IMG/VR virus record: IMGVR_UViG_3300048911_000270
Span: 65,064 to 89,483 of that record
From: a virus
DNA: 24,420 bases
Reading direction: 5' to 3' (one strand)
Shown in pieces: positions 7,638 through 15,570 of the stretch. The position numbers and the translations under genes were made by a program. The notes below the pieces were generated by a model. The model searched no databases. It was not told the origin of the DNA and saw only the letters and a list, made by a program, of their open reading frames with translations. The stretch's first letter is position 1; each line of letters starts with the position of its first letter.

Positions 7638-8299
7638 ACCGCTCCCTCCCTGTCCAGGCACGCCCGCGACGTCTCCACCACCTGCTCCAGCAGGCCCTCC
7701 AGCCGCAGACACTGCGGCCCCGGCTCCGACCCGTCATGCACACACTGCGAGTCCCGGCACGCCGCGACGTGCACCCGGGAACGGGCCGCCTCCGCCAGAT
7801 TGCCCGGCGTCAGCAGACCCGGGTTGACGATCCCGACCACGGTCTGCACCTCCTCCGGGAACGCGTTCCCCCACAGCACCTGCCGGGCCTTCGCGTACTT
7901 CCCCCGCAGCCGCTCCCGCGTCGCCTCCGGCAACTGCGCCGCCCGGTCCTCCCGCGAGTTGTGAGCGTTATCCGCGATCTTGGTCAGCAGCGCGCCCCGG
8001 TTCGTGGTGATCCGGTGGATCTTCGACTGGTAGTTCTCGCCCTTCCGGTTCGTCACCAGATCCACCACACCAAGGACAGCCGCCGGGACCCCGGCGTCCA
8101 GCAGTCCCTGGAACGTCCACCCCGTGTCCTCCACGACGTCGTGGAGCAGGCCCGCCATCTCCAGCTCCGCACCGAACGGGGCCAGCCCGTCAGCGACCGC
8201 CCGGACGTGCTCAAAGTACGGGACCCCGATCTTGTCCACCTGCCCGGCGTGTGCCTCCCGGGCAAGCTGTTCCACCTCAGCGACCGTCAACGTCTTCAT
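7634..8299 (-). CDS. HD-domain protein, RelA/SpoT hydrolase-like (small alarmone hydrolase/Mesh1-like)
   Basis: AHAGQVDK, PYFEH, LLHDVVEDT and KIADNAHN motifs; start placed at MKTLTV. Confidence 0.85.
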   Translation of the reverse strand: MKTLTVAEVEQLAREAHAGQVDKIGVPYFEHVRAVADGLAPFGAELEMAGLLHDVVEDTGWTFQGLLDAGVPAAVLGVVDLVTNRKGENYQSKIHRITTNRGALLTKIADNAHNSREDRAAQLPEATRERLRGKYAKARQVLWGNAFPEEVQTVVGIVNPGLLTPGNLAEAARSRVHVAACRDSQCVHDGSEPGPQCLRLEGLLEQVVETSRACLDREGAV

Positions 8300-8768
8300 G
8301 CCCTGTCCCCTCCCCATTGATCTCCTGCACCGCCTGATCCACCAGGAGCGTCCCCTCCACATGCAGCCGACGATGCTCGCCCGCCTGCCCCGACAACTGC
8401 GCCCACTTGCGCCCGGCCTCCCGGTTGTTCCACACCAGGCCGCACACGGCGCAGAACAGCGCCATATGACCCACCGCCGACACCAGCACCATCCGAGGAC
8501 TGCGCTGCGTCTCCGGCCACTCCTCCAGCCGAGTCGACGGCGGCAGCTCCGGAACCATCCAGCCGTGCTCCCCACGCTGCACCCGGCCGTCGCGCTCCAG
8601 CAGGCTCATAGCGACCGCCACCGTGGACGGCGTGCACCCCCACAGCTCGGCAATCCGGGCCAGATCAGAGATCACCGTCCCCGGCGCCATCATCCCCGAG
8701 TCGATACGCTGCCGAAGCATCTCCGCCAGCCGCAGATGCTTCGGAACGTCCTTCGACACTTCGCTCAC
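8277..8768 (-). CDS. GntR-like winged-HTH regulator with C-terminal CxxC...HxxxH
   Basis: PKHLRLAEMLRQRIDSG...PG...IAELWGCTPSTVAVAMSLLERDGRV; start 8768 or 8777. Confidence 0.75.
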   Translation of the reverse strand: MSEVSKDVPKHLRLAEMLRQRIDSGMMAPGTVISDLARIAELWGCTPSTVAVAMSLLERDGRVQRGEHGWMVPELPPSTRLEEWPETQRSPRMVLVSAVGHMALFCAVCGLVWNNREAGRKWAQLSGQAGEHRRLHVEGTLLVDQAVQEINGEGTGHEDVDGR

Positions 8769-9019
8769 TGCTGCCACTTCTCCGCTCCGAATCCGTCTTC
8801 CAGTCCCCGCACGTACGCCTCGAACTCGCGGGCCGACAGCACCCGCTTCCCCCCTGCGGCCGTCACGGTGACCCAGTGGGCCCCCTCCTGGGGGTCCCAG
8901 GAGATCTCCCCGCTCTTGATGGCCCCGGCCGCGATCCAGTCCGTCAGCGTCTGCTTCAGTTCCTCCGCCTCGCGAACAGCCGCGTTACCGGTCAGTCCGC
9001 CCGGTCCTCCCCAGCCCAT
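8765..9019 (-). CDS. hypothetical protein
   Basis: GAGGAG RBS, coupled to neighbours. Confidence 0.7.
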   Translation of the reverse strand: MGWGGPGGLTGNAAVREAEELKQTLTDWIAAGAIKSGEISWDPQEGAHWVTVTAAGGKRVLSAREFEAYVRGLEDGFGAEKWQQ

Positions 9020-9213
9020 TACTTCTCCTCCTCAGTCGAATCACGCTCGTACGCCCGGGGCTCCGGGTGCGGGAGCTGCGGCCGGTGCACGAACCCCGGG
9101 AACTCCCGGAGGATCCGCGCGAACTCAGGGCCCGGAACCTCGTCCAGGATGTAACCGACCGGCCGGGCCCCCTTCCAAGACCTCGGCTCGGAAGGGGGTA
9201 TCGCGTCGCTCAT
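9019..9213 (-). CDS. hypothetical protein
   Basis: ATGA/TAATG coupling. Confidence 0.65.
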   Translation of the reverse strand: MSDAIPPSEPRSWKGARPVGYILDEVPGPEFARILREFPGFVHRPQLPHPEPRAYERDSTEEEK

Positions 9214-9392
9214 CCGTTCAGCTCCCGCAGGGGACCGTAACCGGCCTGCTCCAGGCCGTACTGCAAGTCCCCGACGTCAACACCGTTGCCGTCGTTGTAG
9301 TCCGCGATCCACTCCCACACAATGCCGAGGATTGCGCGGGCGTCGGCCCCGTCCAGCGGCGCCACCTCAACCGGGCTGTCGGTGCTGCTCAT
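9210..9392 (-). CDS. 60-aa acidic protein
   Basis: AGGAG RBS, start MSSTDS, ATGA overlap. Confidence 0.7.
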   Translation of the reverse strand: MSSTDSPVEVAPLDGADARAILGIVWEWIADYNDGNGVDVGDLQYGLEQAGYGPLRELNG

Positions 9393-9694
9393 GATCCATC
9401 TCCTGTCCTGACGTAGGGGTCTTCGAGGTAGTGGGCGCGGCCTACCCGTTCGGGCAGCGTCTCGCCGCCCGGGTAGCGGACCGTGATGGTGATCATCGAC
9501 CGCTCGCCCTGCCCGGCGTGCTCCCGGGTCTTCTCCGCCTTGTCGGTGTAGCAGGCCAGGCAGAGCGGCCGTACACGCCGCATGAACGCGCCGTCCCGGG
9601 CCTCCCAGTCCAGCCGCGCTACCACCACAGCGGGCGGCCGGTTGTCGTCGTGGACACGGCCCGCGTTCAGACCGCACTCGGGGATTTCGGTCAC
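9389..9694 (-). CDS. hypothetical protein
   Basis: GAGG RBS, GTGA overlap. Confidence 0.7.
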   Translation of the reverse strand: MTEIPECGLNAGRVHDDNRPPAVVVARLDWEARDGAFMRRVRPLCLACYTDKAEKTREHAGQGERSMITITVRYPGGETLPERVGRAHYLEDPYVRTGDGS

Positions 9695-9897
9695 GGGGTC
9701 CTCTTCTCACCGTGGACGGCTTTCACCTGGTAGTCGACGTAATGCCATCCACCCTCGGGATGGCGGGCCCGGATCTCCCGGCCGTGGCCGGTGATGCGGT
9801 GGTCGATGTCCTCCAGGACGGCCGCCACGATCTCCGGGGTGTAATCGGTCACCTCCACGTCGAGGTGCAGGAGCAGCGGGATCACTTGCTTGGACAC
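9691..9897 (-). CDS. hypothetical protein
   Basis: AGGAGACCCC RBS. Confidence 0.7.
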   Translation of the reverse strand: MSKQVIPLLLHLDVEVTDYTPEIVAAVLEDIDHRITGHGREIRARHPEGGWHYVDYQVKAVHGEKRTP

Positions 9898-9906
9898 AGG
9901 GGTCTC

Positions 9907-10308
9907 CTAGTAGCTGCCGGGGCAGCCGCAGTTGGGGCAGGTCCGGCACGGCCCGGGATACAAGGCCTCTTCGGCGATCCGGGCGTCCATGGCGGCAGCC
10001 ATCCGTACCTCCAGTTCGTCCCGGCCAACGATCCGCCAGGACGCGATCAGATGCAGGGCCGCCTTCACCCCGTAGGCTTCCAGGAGCTTGCCGCCCACCT
10101 GGTAGGCGCCGTTCCAGATCTCCCAGCGCACCTGGCGGCGGTTCTCCGGGTCCAGGTAGACGCGGGTGGTGTAGACGTCGGTCGAGTCCTTCCACTCCCA
10201 GACGGGGAGACCGTCCACGATGTCCGGGTCGAACAGCCACCCGGCGTCCGTCACCAGCGTGGATACGGGCCAGTCGGCCTGGCTGATGAACTCGTTCAGG
10301 GTGCTCAT
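9907..10308 (-). CDS. hypothetical protein with C-terminal Cys cluster; leaderless
   Basis: ATG lies inside the motif (TGCTAGGGTAGATAC-ATG), no SD. Confidence 0.8.
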   Translation of the reverse strand: MSTLNEFISQADWPVSTLVTDAGWLFDPDIVDGLPVWEWKDSTDVYTTRVYLDPENRRQVRWEIWNGAYQVGGKLLEAYGVKAALHLIASWRIVGRDELEVRMAAAMDARIAEEALYPGPCRTCPNCGCPGSY

Positions 10309-10323
10309 GTATCTACCCTAGCA
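10306..10323 (-). promoter_or_regulatory. 18-bp motif copy ending in the start codon
   Basis: TGCTAGGGTAGATACATG. Confidence 0.85.
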
Positions 10324-10335
10324 GAGAAAGGCCAA

Positions 10336-10974
10336 CTACTCCGAGGCTTCGGACTCTTTCCAGGTTTTACCTGCGAGGATCAAGCCGATGTTCGAAGGGG
10401 TGACCCCGTACTCGGCCGCCAACTCTTGTTTGAGCACACCTCCAGCCGCGTGCCGCCTGCGGATCGCCCGAGCATCTTCCAGGGTGAGCCTGCGCGGCGG
10501 GGTGTATTCAGGATCAGACCAGGTGCGTCCCTGGATAACTGCCTTGATGGTCTCGCGCCTGACCCCATACTCCGCAGCCAGTTGCGGCATCCGAACCTCA
10601 CCCGCCGCATACCGCGTCCGGATGTCCCGAACAGCTTCCCGGTTCAGCTTGGCCAACCACTGCTTGTTCCCGAAGGTACTTCTACCGTGACGCACCATGT
10701 CAGCCGCATTCTCCTTCTTGGTACCCCACGCGAGGTTCCATGCGGCGTTATTGGTCGGATCCCCGTCAAGGTGGCGTACCTCGTGCTTAGGGGTAGGGCG
10801 GGGGCCGTGAAATGCCTCGCAGACGACGGCGTGGAAGTAGAACTTACGGACGCGCCCAGCAACTTGAAGATCGAAACTCCGGTAGCCCTCCGGATGGCAC
10901 GCCCCCTTGAGCCACCGCCCGTACCGACTCCGTATACGACCGTCCGTCATGATCATGATTCCAGCAGGTAGCAT
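10336..10974 (-). CDS. HNH endonuclease with two C-terminal HTH-like repeats (paralog of 1573..2229)
   Basis: FHAVVCEAFHGPRP...VRHLDGDPTNNAAWNLAWGTKKEN; TWSDPEYTPP linker. Confidence 0.88.
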   Translation of the reverse strand: MLPAGIMIMTDGRIRSRYGRWLKGACHPEGYRSFDLQVAGRVRKFYFHAVVCEAFHGPRPTPKHEVRHLDGDPTNNAAWNLAWGTKKENAADMVRHGRSTFGNKQWLAKLNREAVRDIRTRYAAGEVRMPQLAAEYGVRRETIKAVIQGRTWSDPEYTPPRRLTLEDARAIRRRHAAGGVLKQELAAEYGVTPSNIGLILAGKTWKESEASE

Positions 10975-11041
10975 GGCAGAGCCCTCCTAGGGCAAATAGA
11001 AATGGCTAGTACTCGGTTGGTCGCCAGTACTAGCCATTCTA
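10975..11041 (-). promoter_or_regulatory. TAGAAT -10, hairpin and conserved leader of the HNH gene
   Basis: stem 11001-11013/11026-11038; homologous to 1506-1572. Confidence 0.65.
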
Positions 11042-11055
11042 CGTTGCTGGTCCTA

Positions 11056-11412
11056 TCACCCCGTGGCTGTTTCCTCCAGTACAGGGAGGCACTGACCGCA
11101 GTTGCACCAAGGATGCTCTTGGTGCTGATCAGGCATGAGACCCATCGAGAGCAGGGCGATGTTCGCGTGAACCAGGTCCAGACCTGCGTTACGAAAGTAC
11201 TTGATGTTCTCCTGCACCTCCCCCCGCGCCGTAACCAAGAACCACGGCTCAGACTCCCGAAGAAGCGTGTCCTCGTGGAAAACTCTCCACCAGGTTTTCC
11301 CGTCCTTGGTCCAGTCGATCTGATGGCGCACGTCGTGCTGGCCGTTCCACTCCCAGCGATAGCCGCCGCCTTCGAGCTGCACGGCCTTTTTCAGGGTTTC
11401 CTTGTGCGCCAT
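11056..11412 (-). CDS. hypothetical protein with C-terminal HxxCxCxxC
   Basis: TGATG coupling with upstream gene. Confidence 0.75.
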   Translation of the reverse strand: MAHKETLKKAVQLEGGGYRWEWNGQHDVRHQIDWTKDGKTWWRVFHEDTLLRESEPWFLVTARGEVQENIKYFRNAGLDLVHANIALLSMGLMPDQHQEHPWCNCGQCLPVLEETATG

Positions 11413-11537
11413 CAGACAGCCGCCTTAACGACCAGGTACGTGACGAGGGCCGCAAAGAGGCCGAAGCCGACCGCGAACGTCACGTACTTCCAGTTGGTCA
11501 GAACGTCCTTGATCAGCTTTCGCGTCACGTCGTCCAT
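11412..11537 (-). CDS. 41-aa single-TM membrane protein
   Basis: GAGGAGAC RBS; YVTFAVGFGLFAALVTYLVV. Confidence 0.75.
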   Translation of the reverse strand: MDDVTRKLIKDVLTNWKYVTFAVGFGLFAALVTYLVVKAAV

Positions 11538-11565
11538 GGGAGTCTCCTCGATCAGGTGTCTCTGT

Positions 11566-11583
11566 GATTTATCTACCCTAGCA
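11566..11583 (-). promoter_or_regulatory. 18-bp promoter/operator motif copy
   Basis: TGCTAGGGTAGATAAATC. Confidence 0.8.
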
Positions 11584-11651
11584 CACGACAGGAAGGCAGA
11601 CAAGCAGAAAGCCCCCGCCACCTGGGCGAGGGCTCTGCACGACCGAACTCA

Positions 11652-11996
11652 CTAGCGACCGAACCACCGTCGGCGACCCGGCGTTGCCGGTTCCGACCGT
11701 TTCGGCGGCTGCGGCAGGGCGTGGCACTCCCGACCGTAGTACCGCAGCCCCGTCCCCGGCAGCACCCACGGGCGCGGGTGCGTACCGGAGTATCCGGGGT
11801 CGTACGTGACCGGCTGGCCCTCGTACGGGGCCATGGAGCAGACGACGACCAGACCGGCGTCCAGGGCCCAGCGCAGCATCTTGCTGTACTGAGGGCCCCG
11901 GTTGAAGCAGAACTGGAAGCCCCCGGAGCAGTACTCGCCGCCGGACGTGTAGACGGGGACCTTGCAGGACGGGCATCGGTAAGGGGTGTCCGCCAT
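11652..11996 (-). CDS. hypothetical protein with N-terminal Cys motifs
   Basis: GC3 bias; followed by terminator hairpin 11610-11635. Confidence 0.7.
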   Translation of the reverse strand: MADTPYRCPSCKVPVYTSGGEYCSGGFQFCFNRGPQYSKMLRWALDAGLVVVCSMAPYEGQPVTYDPGYSGTHPRPWVLPGTGLRYYGRECHALPQPPKRSEPATPGRRRWFGR

Positions 11997-11998
11997 GA

Positions 11999-12304
11999 TC
12001 AGTCGTTACCCTTCTGGTTCTGGGCGATCAGCTCCTCGTACAGCGCGTCCTTCTCCGCGCTGACCTTGTCCATGTCGATCTCGAAGTAATGGATCAGCAC
12101 GGCCTCCGTGCCTACCGGCTCCTGCACCTCCACGGGGACCTCGTAGGTGTCATCGTTGAAGAGGCTGGTGCGTTGGTCCGTGTACGTCACGGTCCGGGTC
12201 AGGCGGTAGCCGTTCTCTCCGGCCCACTCCAGGAACGCGCCGATCGTGTTGTTGTCGCCGGAGTCGTTGATCTTCTTCAGCTTGTCCAGCTCGGGGGTGT
12301 CCAT
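11999..12304 (-). CDS. acidic hypothetical protein
   Basis: GAGGAG RBS before MDTPELDK. Confidence 0.75.
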   Translation of the reverse strand: MDTPELDKLKKINDSGDNNTIGAFLEWAGENGYRLTRTVTYTDQRTSLFNDDTYEVPVEVQEPVGTEAVLIHYFEIDMDKVSAEKDALYEELIAQNQKGND

Positions 12305-12312
12305 CAGTCTCC

Positions 12313-12714
12313 TCAGTCCTCGATCGCGCGCTTGAAGAAAGCGTTCACGTTGTTGCGCATCTTCGTCAGAAGCTGCTCGATGTTGCTGTTGACCCACATC
12401 TCGGCCAGCTCGCGGTCCACGACCATGTCCAGGCCCGGCATCTGGGGGTCCCCGGCGATCATCTGGTCGATGTAGCCGTCCTGGAGGAACGAGGCGTACA
12501 GGAAGACGTCCTGCTGGGCGTGCAGCACGTTGACGTGGGTCTCGCCGGTCTTGCGGTGGTGGAGGGTAACCTCGATCGCCAGGGGGCCGACGCGGCGTAC
12601 GGAGGCGACGGTGCCGGAGGTCTTGATCTTCTTGCCGTCGACCTCGATCAGGTAGTCGACGGGAAGGCCCTCGGAGAGGGTCGCGGCAGGGGCGGGAAGG
12701 TACTTGGTGGGCAC
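12313..12714 (-). CDS. hypothetical beta-rich protein (paralog of 19086..19454)
   Basis: shared PAA..GLPV.Y...VDGK.I.T.GTV...H.KTGETH.N. Confidence 0.8.
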   Translation of the reverse strand: MPTKYLPAPAATLSEGLPVDYLIEVDGKKIKTSGTVASVRRVGPLAIEVTLHHRKTGETHVNVLHAQQDVFLYASFLQDGYIDQMIAGDPQMPGLDMVVDRELAEMWVNSNIEQLLTKMRNNVNAFFKRAIED

Positions 12715-12741
12715 GGTGAGTCTCCTCGGTTGGTGTCTCTT

Positions 12742-12759
12742 GATGTATCTACCCTAGCA
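12742..12759 (-). promoter_or_regulatory. 18-bp promoter/operator motif copy
   Basis: perfect match. Confidence 0.85.
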
Positions 12760-12851
12760 CACTTGGGACAGAAAAAGAGCCCCACCCCCGGCCGAATTCC
12801 TACGCCCAGACCGGGAGGGGACTCTCTTCCAGATACACCGTGAAGGCCACG

Positions 12852-13406
12852 CTACTCCACAGCAGGCCCGTCCTGCTTGAGTTCGATGGTCGATCCGTGG
12901 TCACAGCGGTCCATGCCGTGCCACATCGAGCCGTCGCAATCCGGGACCCACGCCAGGCGGACTTCTACCGGCGCCATCTGCACCAGATCGACCCAGTCAC
13001 CCCACGAGTCCATCGGAGGCCGTCCACACGTCTTGTGGCGGAGCTGAATCCCTCCCTCCTCGACCTCCAGCAGCCACAGGTCGTCCTCCGGCGGGCAGGA
13101 GCAGCCGTTGTCGGTGTACTCCTCGGGGTCGGGGGCCTCCTCCTCGTTGACGGTGCAAAACTTGATCGTCAGTTCGCGGGGCGCGGTGCCGTACAGCAGC
13201 CAGTCCACGGAGACTCTGTACACCTCCGCGATCTTGGCCATGTCCAGGCTGGTGGGGCGCTGCTCCCCCAGGATGATGTAGCGGATCCGCTCGGGGCTCA
13301 TGCCGAGCGCGGCGAACCGGGCTGCTGCGCCGTCGTCGCCGTTGGCCCAGACGGAGCGAATGCGCTTGAGGGCGTCGTTCTCGGGGACGGGGGTGGGTTC
13401 AGGCAT
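12852..13406 (-). CDS. XRE/Cro-C1-type HTH protein with acidic Cys/His-rich C-terminus
   Basis: FAALGMSPERIRYIILGEQRPTSLDMAKIAEVYRVSVDWLLYG. Confidence 0.75.
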   Translation of the reverse strand: MPEPTPVPENDALKRIRSVWANGDDGAAARFAALGMSPERIRYIILGEQRPTSLDMAKIAEVYRVSVDWLLYGTAPRELTIKFCTVNEEEAPDPEEYTDNGCSCPPEDDLWLLEVEEGGIQLRHKTCGRPPMDSWGDWVDLVQMAPVEVRLAWVPDCDGSMWHGMDRCDHGSTIELKQDGPAVE

Positions 13407-13467
13407 GGAAGGCTCCCTAGGGGTAAGCAGGAGGGCCCCTGGGAGTTCCAGGGGCCCGGCGGGTGTA

Positions 13468-13605
13468 TCAGGCGGTTCGGAGCTGCGTGAGCTTGTCCTC
13501 GGCGTCGTCCAGGCTGCCGGTCTCGTATGCCCAGACCTCGTTGACGTCGTCCCAGATGCCCCAGTCCGAGGATCCGAGTTGTTCGATGGTGTAACGGTCC
13601 TTCAC
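13468..13605 (-). CDS. 45-aa acidic Trp-rich protein (not in ORF track)
   Basis: GAGGAG RBS; MKDRYTIEQLGSSDWGIWDDVNEVWAYETGSLDDAEDKLTQLRTA; terminator hairpin 13433-13457. Confidence 0.7.
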   Translation of the reverse strand: MKDRYTIEQLGSSDWGIWDDVNEVWAYETGSLDDAEDKLTQLRTA

Positions 13606-13630
13606 GGCGATCTCCTCGGGTCGGGGTGGG

Positions 13631-13876
13631 TTACTTGCAGGCGGGGTACTGGGCGCCGATGTAGCAGCCCTCGTAGAGACCGGCCGGGATGACCACCGAG
13701 TGCGTGTGGCCCTGCTTGTCGTTGACCGTCAGGGTGACACCCTTGGCCTTGAAGGGGGCGCCGCCGATACGGGCGGTCACGGTGCCCTTGACGTTGCTGG
13801 TGTCGTCCATGTTGCAGGCGGTGGCGCCGAGGGCGACGGTGGAGGCGATGACGGTGGCGGCGATGGTCTTGTTCAC
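13631..13876 (-). CDS. small lipoprotein
   Basis: signal peptide MNKTIAATVIASTVALGATA-C with lipobox-like Cys. Confidence 0.75.
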   Translation of the reverse strand: MNKTIAATVIASTVALGATACNMDDTSNVKGTVTARIGGAPFKAKGVTLTVNDKQGHTHSVVIPAGLYEGCYIGAQYPACK

Positions 13877-13909
13877 GGGGTTCTCCTCGGTCTGGTGTTC
13901 CCTTGAGCT

Positions 13910-13927
13910 GATGTATCTACCCTAGCA
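13910..13927 (-). promoter_or_regulatory. 18-bp promoter/operator motif copy
   Basis: perfect match. Confidence 0.85.
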
Positions 13928-13931
13928 TGTT

Positions 13932-14225
13932 CTAAGGGAGGGGCACAACCTCACCGTGCCAGTTCTGAGGGGCCAGCGCGTCCGGCCCCTTGTTGCCGAG
14001 CCCGTAGACGTCCCAGGAGGGGCGGCTCTGTCGAAGCCGGGCGGTCGCCTTGTAGCCGAGGCGGCGCAGCGCCTGCGTCGGGGTCAGTGGGTGCTCACCC
14101 TGCTGGTAGGTGTAGACGATCCGGTCAACCTCGATACCGTCCCGGAGGATGACCGCACGGCTCTCCCGGGTAGCGCCGCCTGCGCTGGTCCAGAAGTTGG
14201 GGGTGATCACTACAGTGAGAGCCAC
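13932..14225 (-). CDS. hypothetical protein
   Basis: AAGGAGAC RBS after motif. Confidence 0.75.
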   Translation of the reverse strand: MALTVVITPNFWTSAGGATRESRAVILRDGIEVDRIVYTYQQGEHPLTPTQALRRLGYKATARLRQSRPSWDVYGLGNKGPDALAPQNWHGEVVPLP

Positions 14226-14252
14226 GGGAGTCTCCTTGGGTGGGTGTCTCTT

Positions 14253-14270
14253 GATGTATCTACCCTAGCA
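14253..14270 (-). promoter_or_regulatory. 18-bp promoter/operator motif copy
   Basis: perfect match. Confidence 0.85.
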
Positions 14271-14334
14271 CATCAGATCAAACTCCGAACAGGCAGAAGC
14301 CCCCCGGATCTCTCCAGGGGGCGCTGCGCCGGAC

Positions 14335-14640
14335 TCAGCAGGAGACGATGCGCACTCCGCCGCGCGGGCCGCTCAGAACCTCCGCGTAGGGGTAGTCGAA
14401 GGGGCAACCCGAGGTCTTGAACTCCACGGCCGACTCCCAGCCCTGCTCCGTGTAGGGGTAGATCGTTCCCGTCGGGCCGTAGTTCCCGTTCGTCTGAAGA
14501 TCCTGGTAGAAGCCCGTGGCCCGGCCGTAGGCGATCAGGGCGGCCTTGACCGACTCCTGCGAGGTGTGGCGCTCCACGGTGAAGCCGCCGAGGGGGTCGG
14601 TGAAGTAGGCGATCCAGCGGTAGTCGGTGGCCTTCGGCAT
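14335..14640 (-). CDS. hypothetical protein
   Basis: GAGGAG RBS after motif. Confidence 0.8.
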   Translation of the reverse strand: MPKATDYRWIAYFTDPLGGFTVERHTSQESVKAALIAYGRATGFYQDLQTNGNYGPTGTIYPYTEQGWESAVEFKTSGCPFDYPYAEVLSGPRGGVRIVSC

Positions 14641-14673
14641 GGGATTCTCCTCGGTCTGGTGTGTCCCTGTGTT

Positions 14674-14691
14674 GATGTATCTACCCTAGCA
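14674..14691 (-). promoter_or_regulatory. 18-bp promoter/operator motif copy
   Basis: perfect match. Confidence 0.85.
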
Positions 14692-14698
14692 CACTAGA

Positions 14699-14899
14699 TC
14701 AGGGCGCAGCAACATGCCGACTCCGCACCCAGCAGCGCCCCCGCTCGTCCAGGGAATACCCGCACACCCCGTCCTCCGTGAGCGCCGCGCACTCCCCGAA
14801 CCCCTCGTAGTACCAGGCGGGCTCGTCCATGACAGCGGCCAGCAGACGGTTCACCGCCGCATCATGATCAAACTTGCGTTCGCTGAATTCTCCGCTCAT
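14699..14899 (-). CDS. hypothetical protein with C-terminal Cys/His motif
   Basis: protein-like composition from MSGEFSERK; start uncertain, no clear SD. Confidence 0.55.
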   Translation of the reverse strand: MSGEFSERKFDHDAAVNRLLAAVMDEPAWYYEGFGECAALTEDGVCGYSLDERGRCWVRSRHVAAP

Positions 14900-14939
14900 G
14901 CCAGCTTGGACGGAGCGAACCCCCCGAGCGTTACACCTC

Positions 14940-15024
14940 GGGCATGCAAAAGCCCCCTGCACACCCCGGGCATGGGGGTTGCACGTACAGGGGGCTTCAA
15001 CCTACGAGCGACGGAGACTCACTC
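14940..15024 (-). ncRNA. candidate sRNA A-
   Basis: TGCTAGCCT extended -10 at 15032-15040, 5' hairpin with GUCUCCG loop, terminator 14949-14997. Confidence 0.45.
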
Positions 15025-15067
15025 GGGTAAGAGGCTAGCAGTCGGCAGGCCCTGCTAGCGTGGGGGC

Positions 15068-15140
15068 ATCACCTTCTCCGTCGCGGCGGAGAAGCGCGAA
15101 GCCCGCCCCCATGGATCAGGGGCGGGCTTCTGCGTGTGCC
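15068..15140 (+). ncRNA. candidate sRNA A+
   Basis: TGCTAGCGT at 15053-15061, hairpin containing UCUCCGUCGC, terminator 15098-15130. Confidence 0.4.
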
Positions 15141-15146
15141 GTGGGC

Positions 15147-15233
15147 TCAGAGGCCGTGGCGGAGCCGATAGGCGTGCCGGATGATCTCCAGCAGCCGGTA
15201 CAGCTCCACAGCGCAGGCGTGGAACGATCTCAT
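15147..15233 (-). CDS. 28-aa cationic amphipathic peptide (not in ORF track)
   Basis: MRSFHACAVELYRLLEIIRHAYRLRHGL; GGGGGTGA SD, motif upstream, terminator downstream, paralog at 20920. Confidence 0.65.
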   Translation of the reverse strand: MRSFHACAVELYRLLEIIRHAYRLRHGL

Positions 15234-15262
15234 GACAATCACCCCCCGTGTGTACAGGCTCG

Positions 15263-15280
15263 AATATCTCTACCCTAGCA
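15263..15280 (-). promoter_or_regulatory. variant motif copy
   Basis: TGCTAGGGTAGAGATATT. Confidence 0.7.
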
Positions 15281-15372
15281 TACTGGTTAAGGTTTGTACA
15301 ACCCCGGGCCCGAACACAGATGCGCCCCCACCCAGTATGTCGGGCAGGGGCAGGCTTCTGCGTGCCGGGAGA

Positions 15373-15570
15373 TCAGCCCCGGCGCTCACACGGGCAGGTG
15401 ATGTTGAACGCGGCAACCATGAGCTGCGGAGTGTTCGGGTCCTGCCACGTCTTGTCCTCACAGACCTTCGCCGTGCAGCAGGCGCAGCGCGGGCAGTCGT
15501 TACGGGCGGGACAGCGGTCCGTGGGGTGACGGGTGTCCCAGCACCCCAGGCCCGAGCAACGAATGGTCAT
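15373..15570 (-). CDS. 65-aa Cys-rich protein
   Basis: AAGGA RBS, TGATG coupling, 10 Cys. Confidence 0.7.
   Translation of the reverse strand: MTIRCSGLGCWDTRHPTDRCPARNDCPRCACCTAKVCEDKTWQDPNTPQLMVAAFNITCPCERRG

Noticed and set aside
8300-8575. N-terminal extension of the HD protein to 8575
   Set aside because: Low-complexity Arg/Trp sequence overlapping the GntR-like gene; the HD domain and an RBS begin at 8299
3197-14640. Shared MPKAT N-terminus of ORFs 3197..3331 and 14335..14640
   Set aside because: Only five residues match with no further similarity; probably chance
14900-15146. tRNA or riboswitch in the multi-hairpin region
   Set aside because: No cloverleaf, T-loop or recognisable aptamer motif; better explained by terminators and short sRNA candidates
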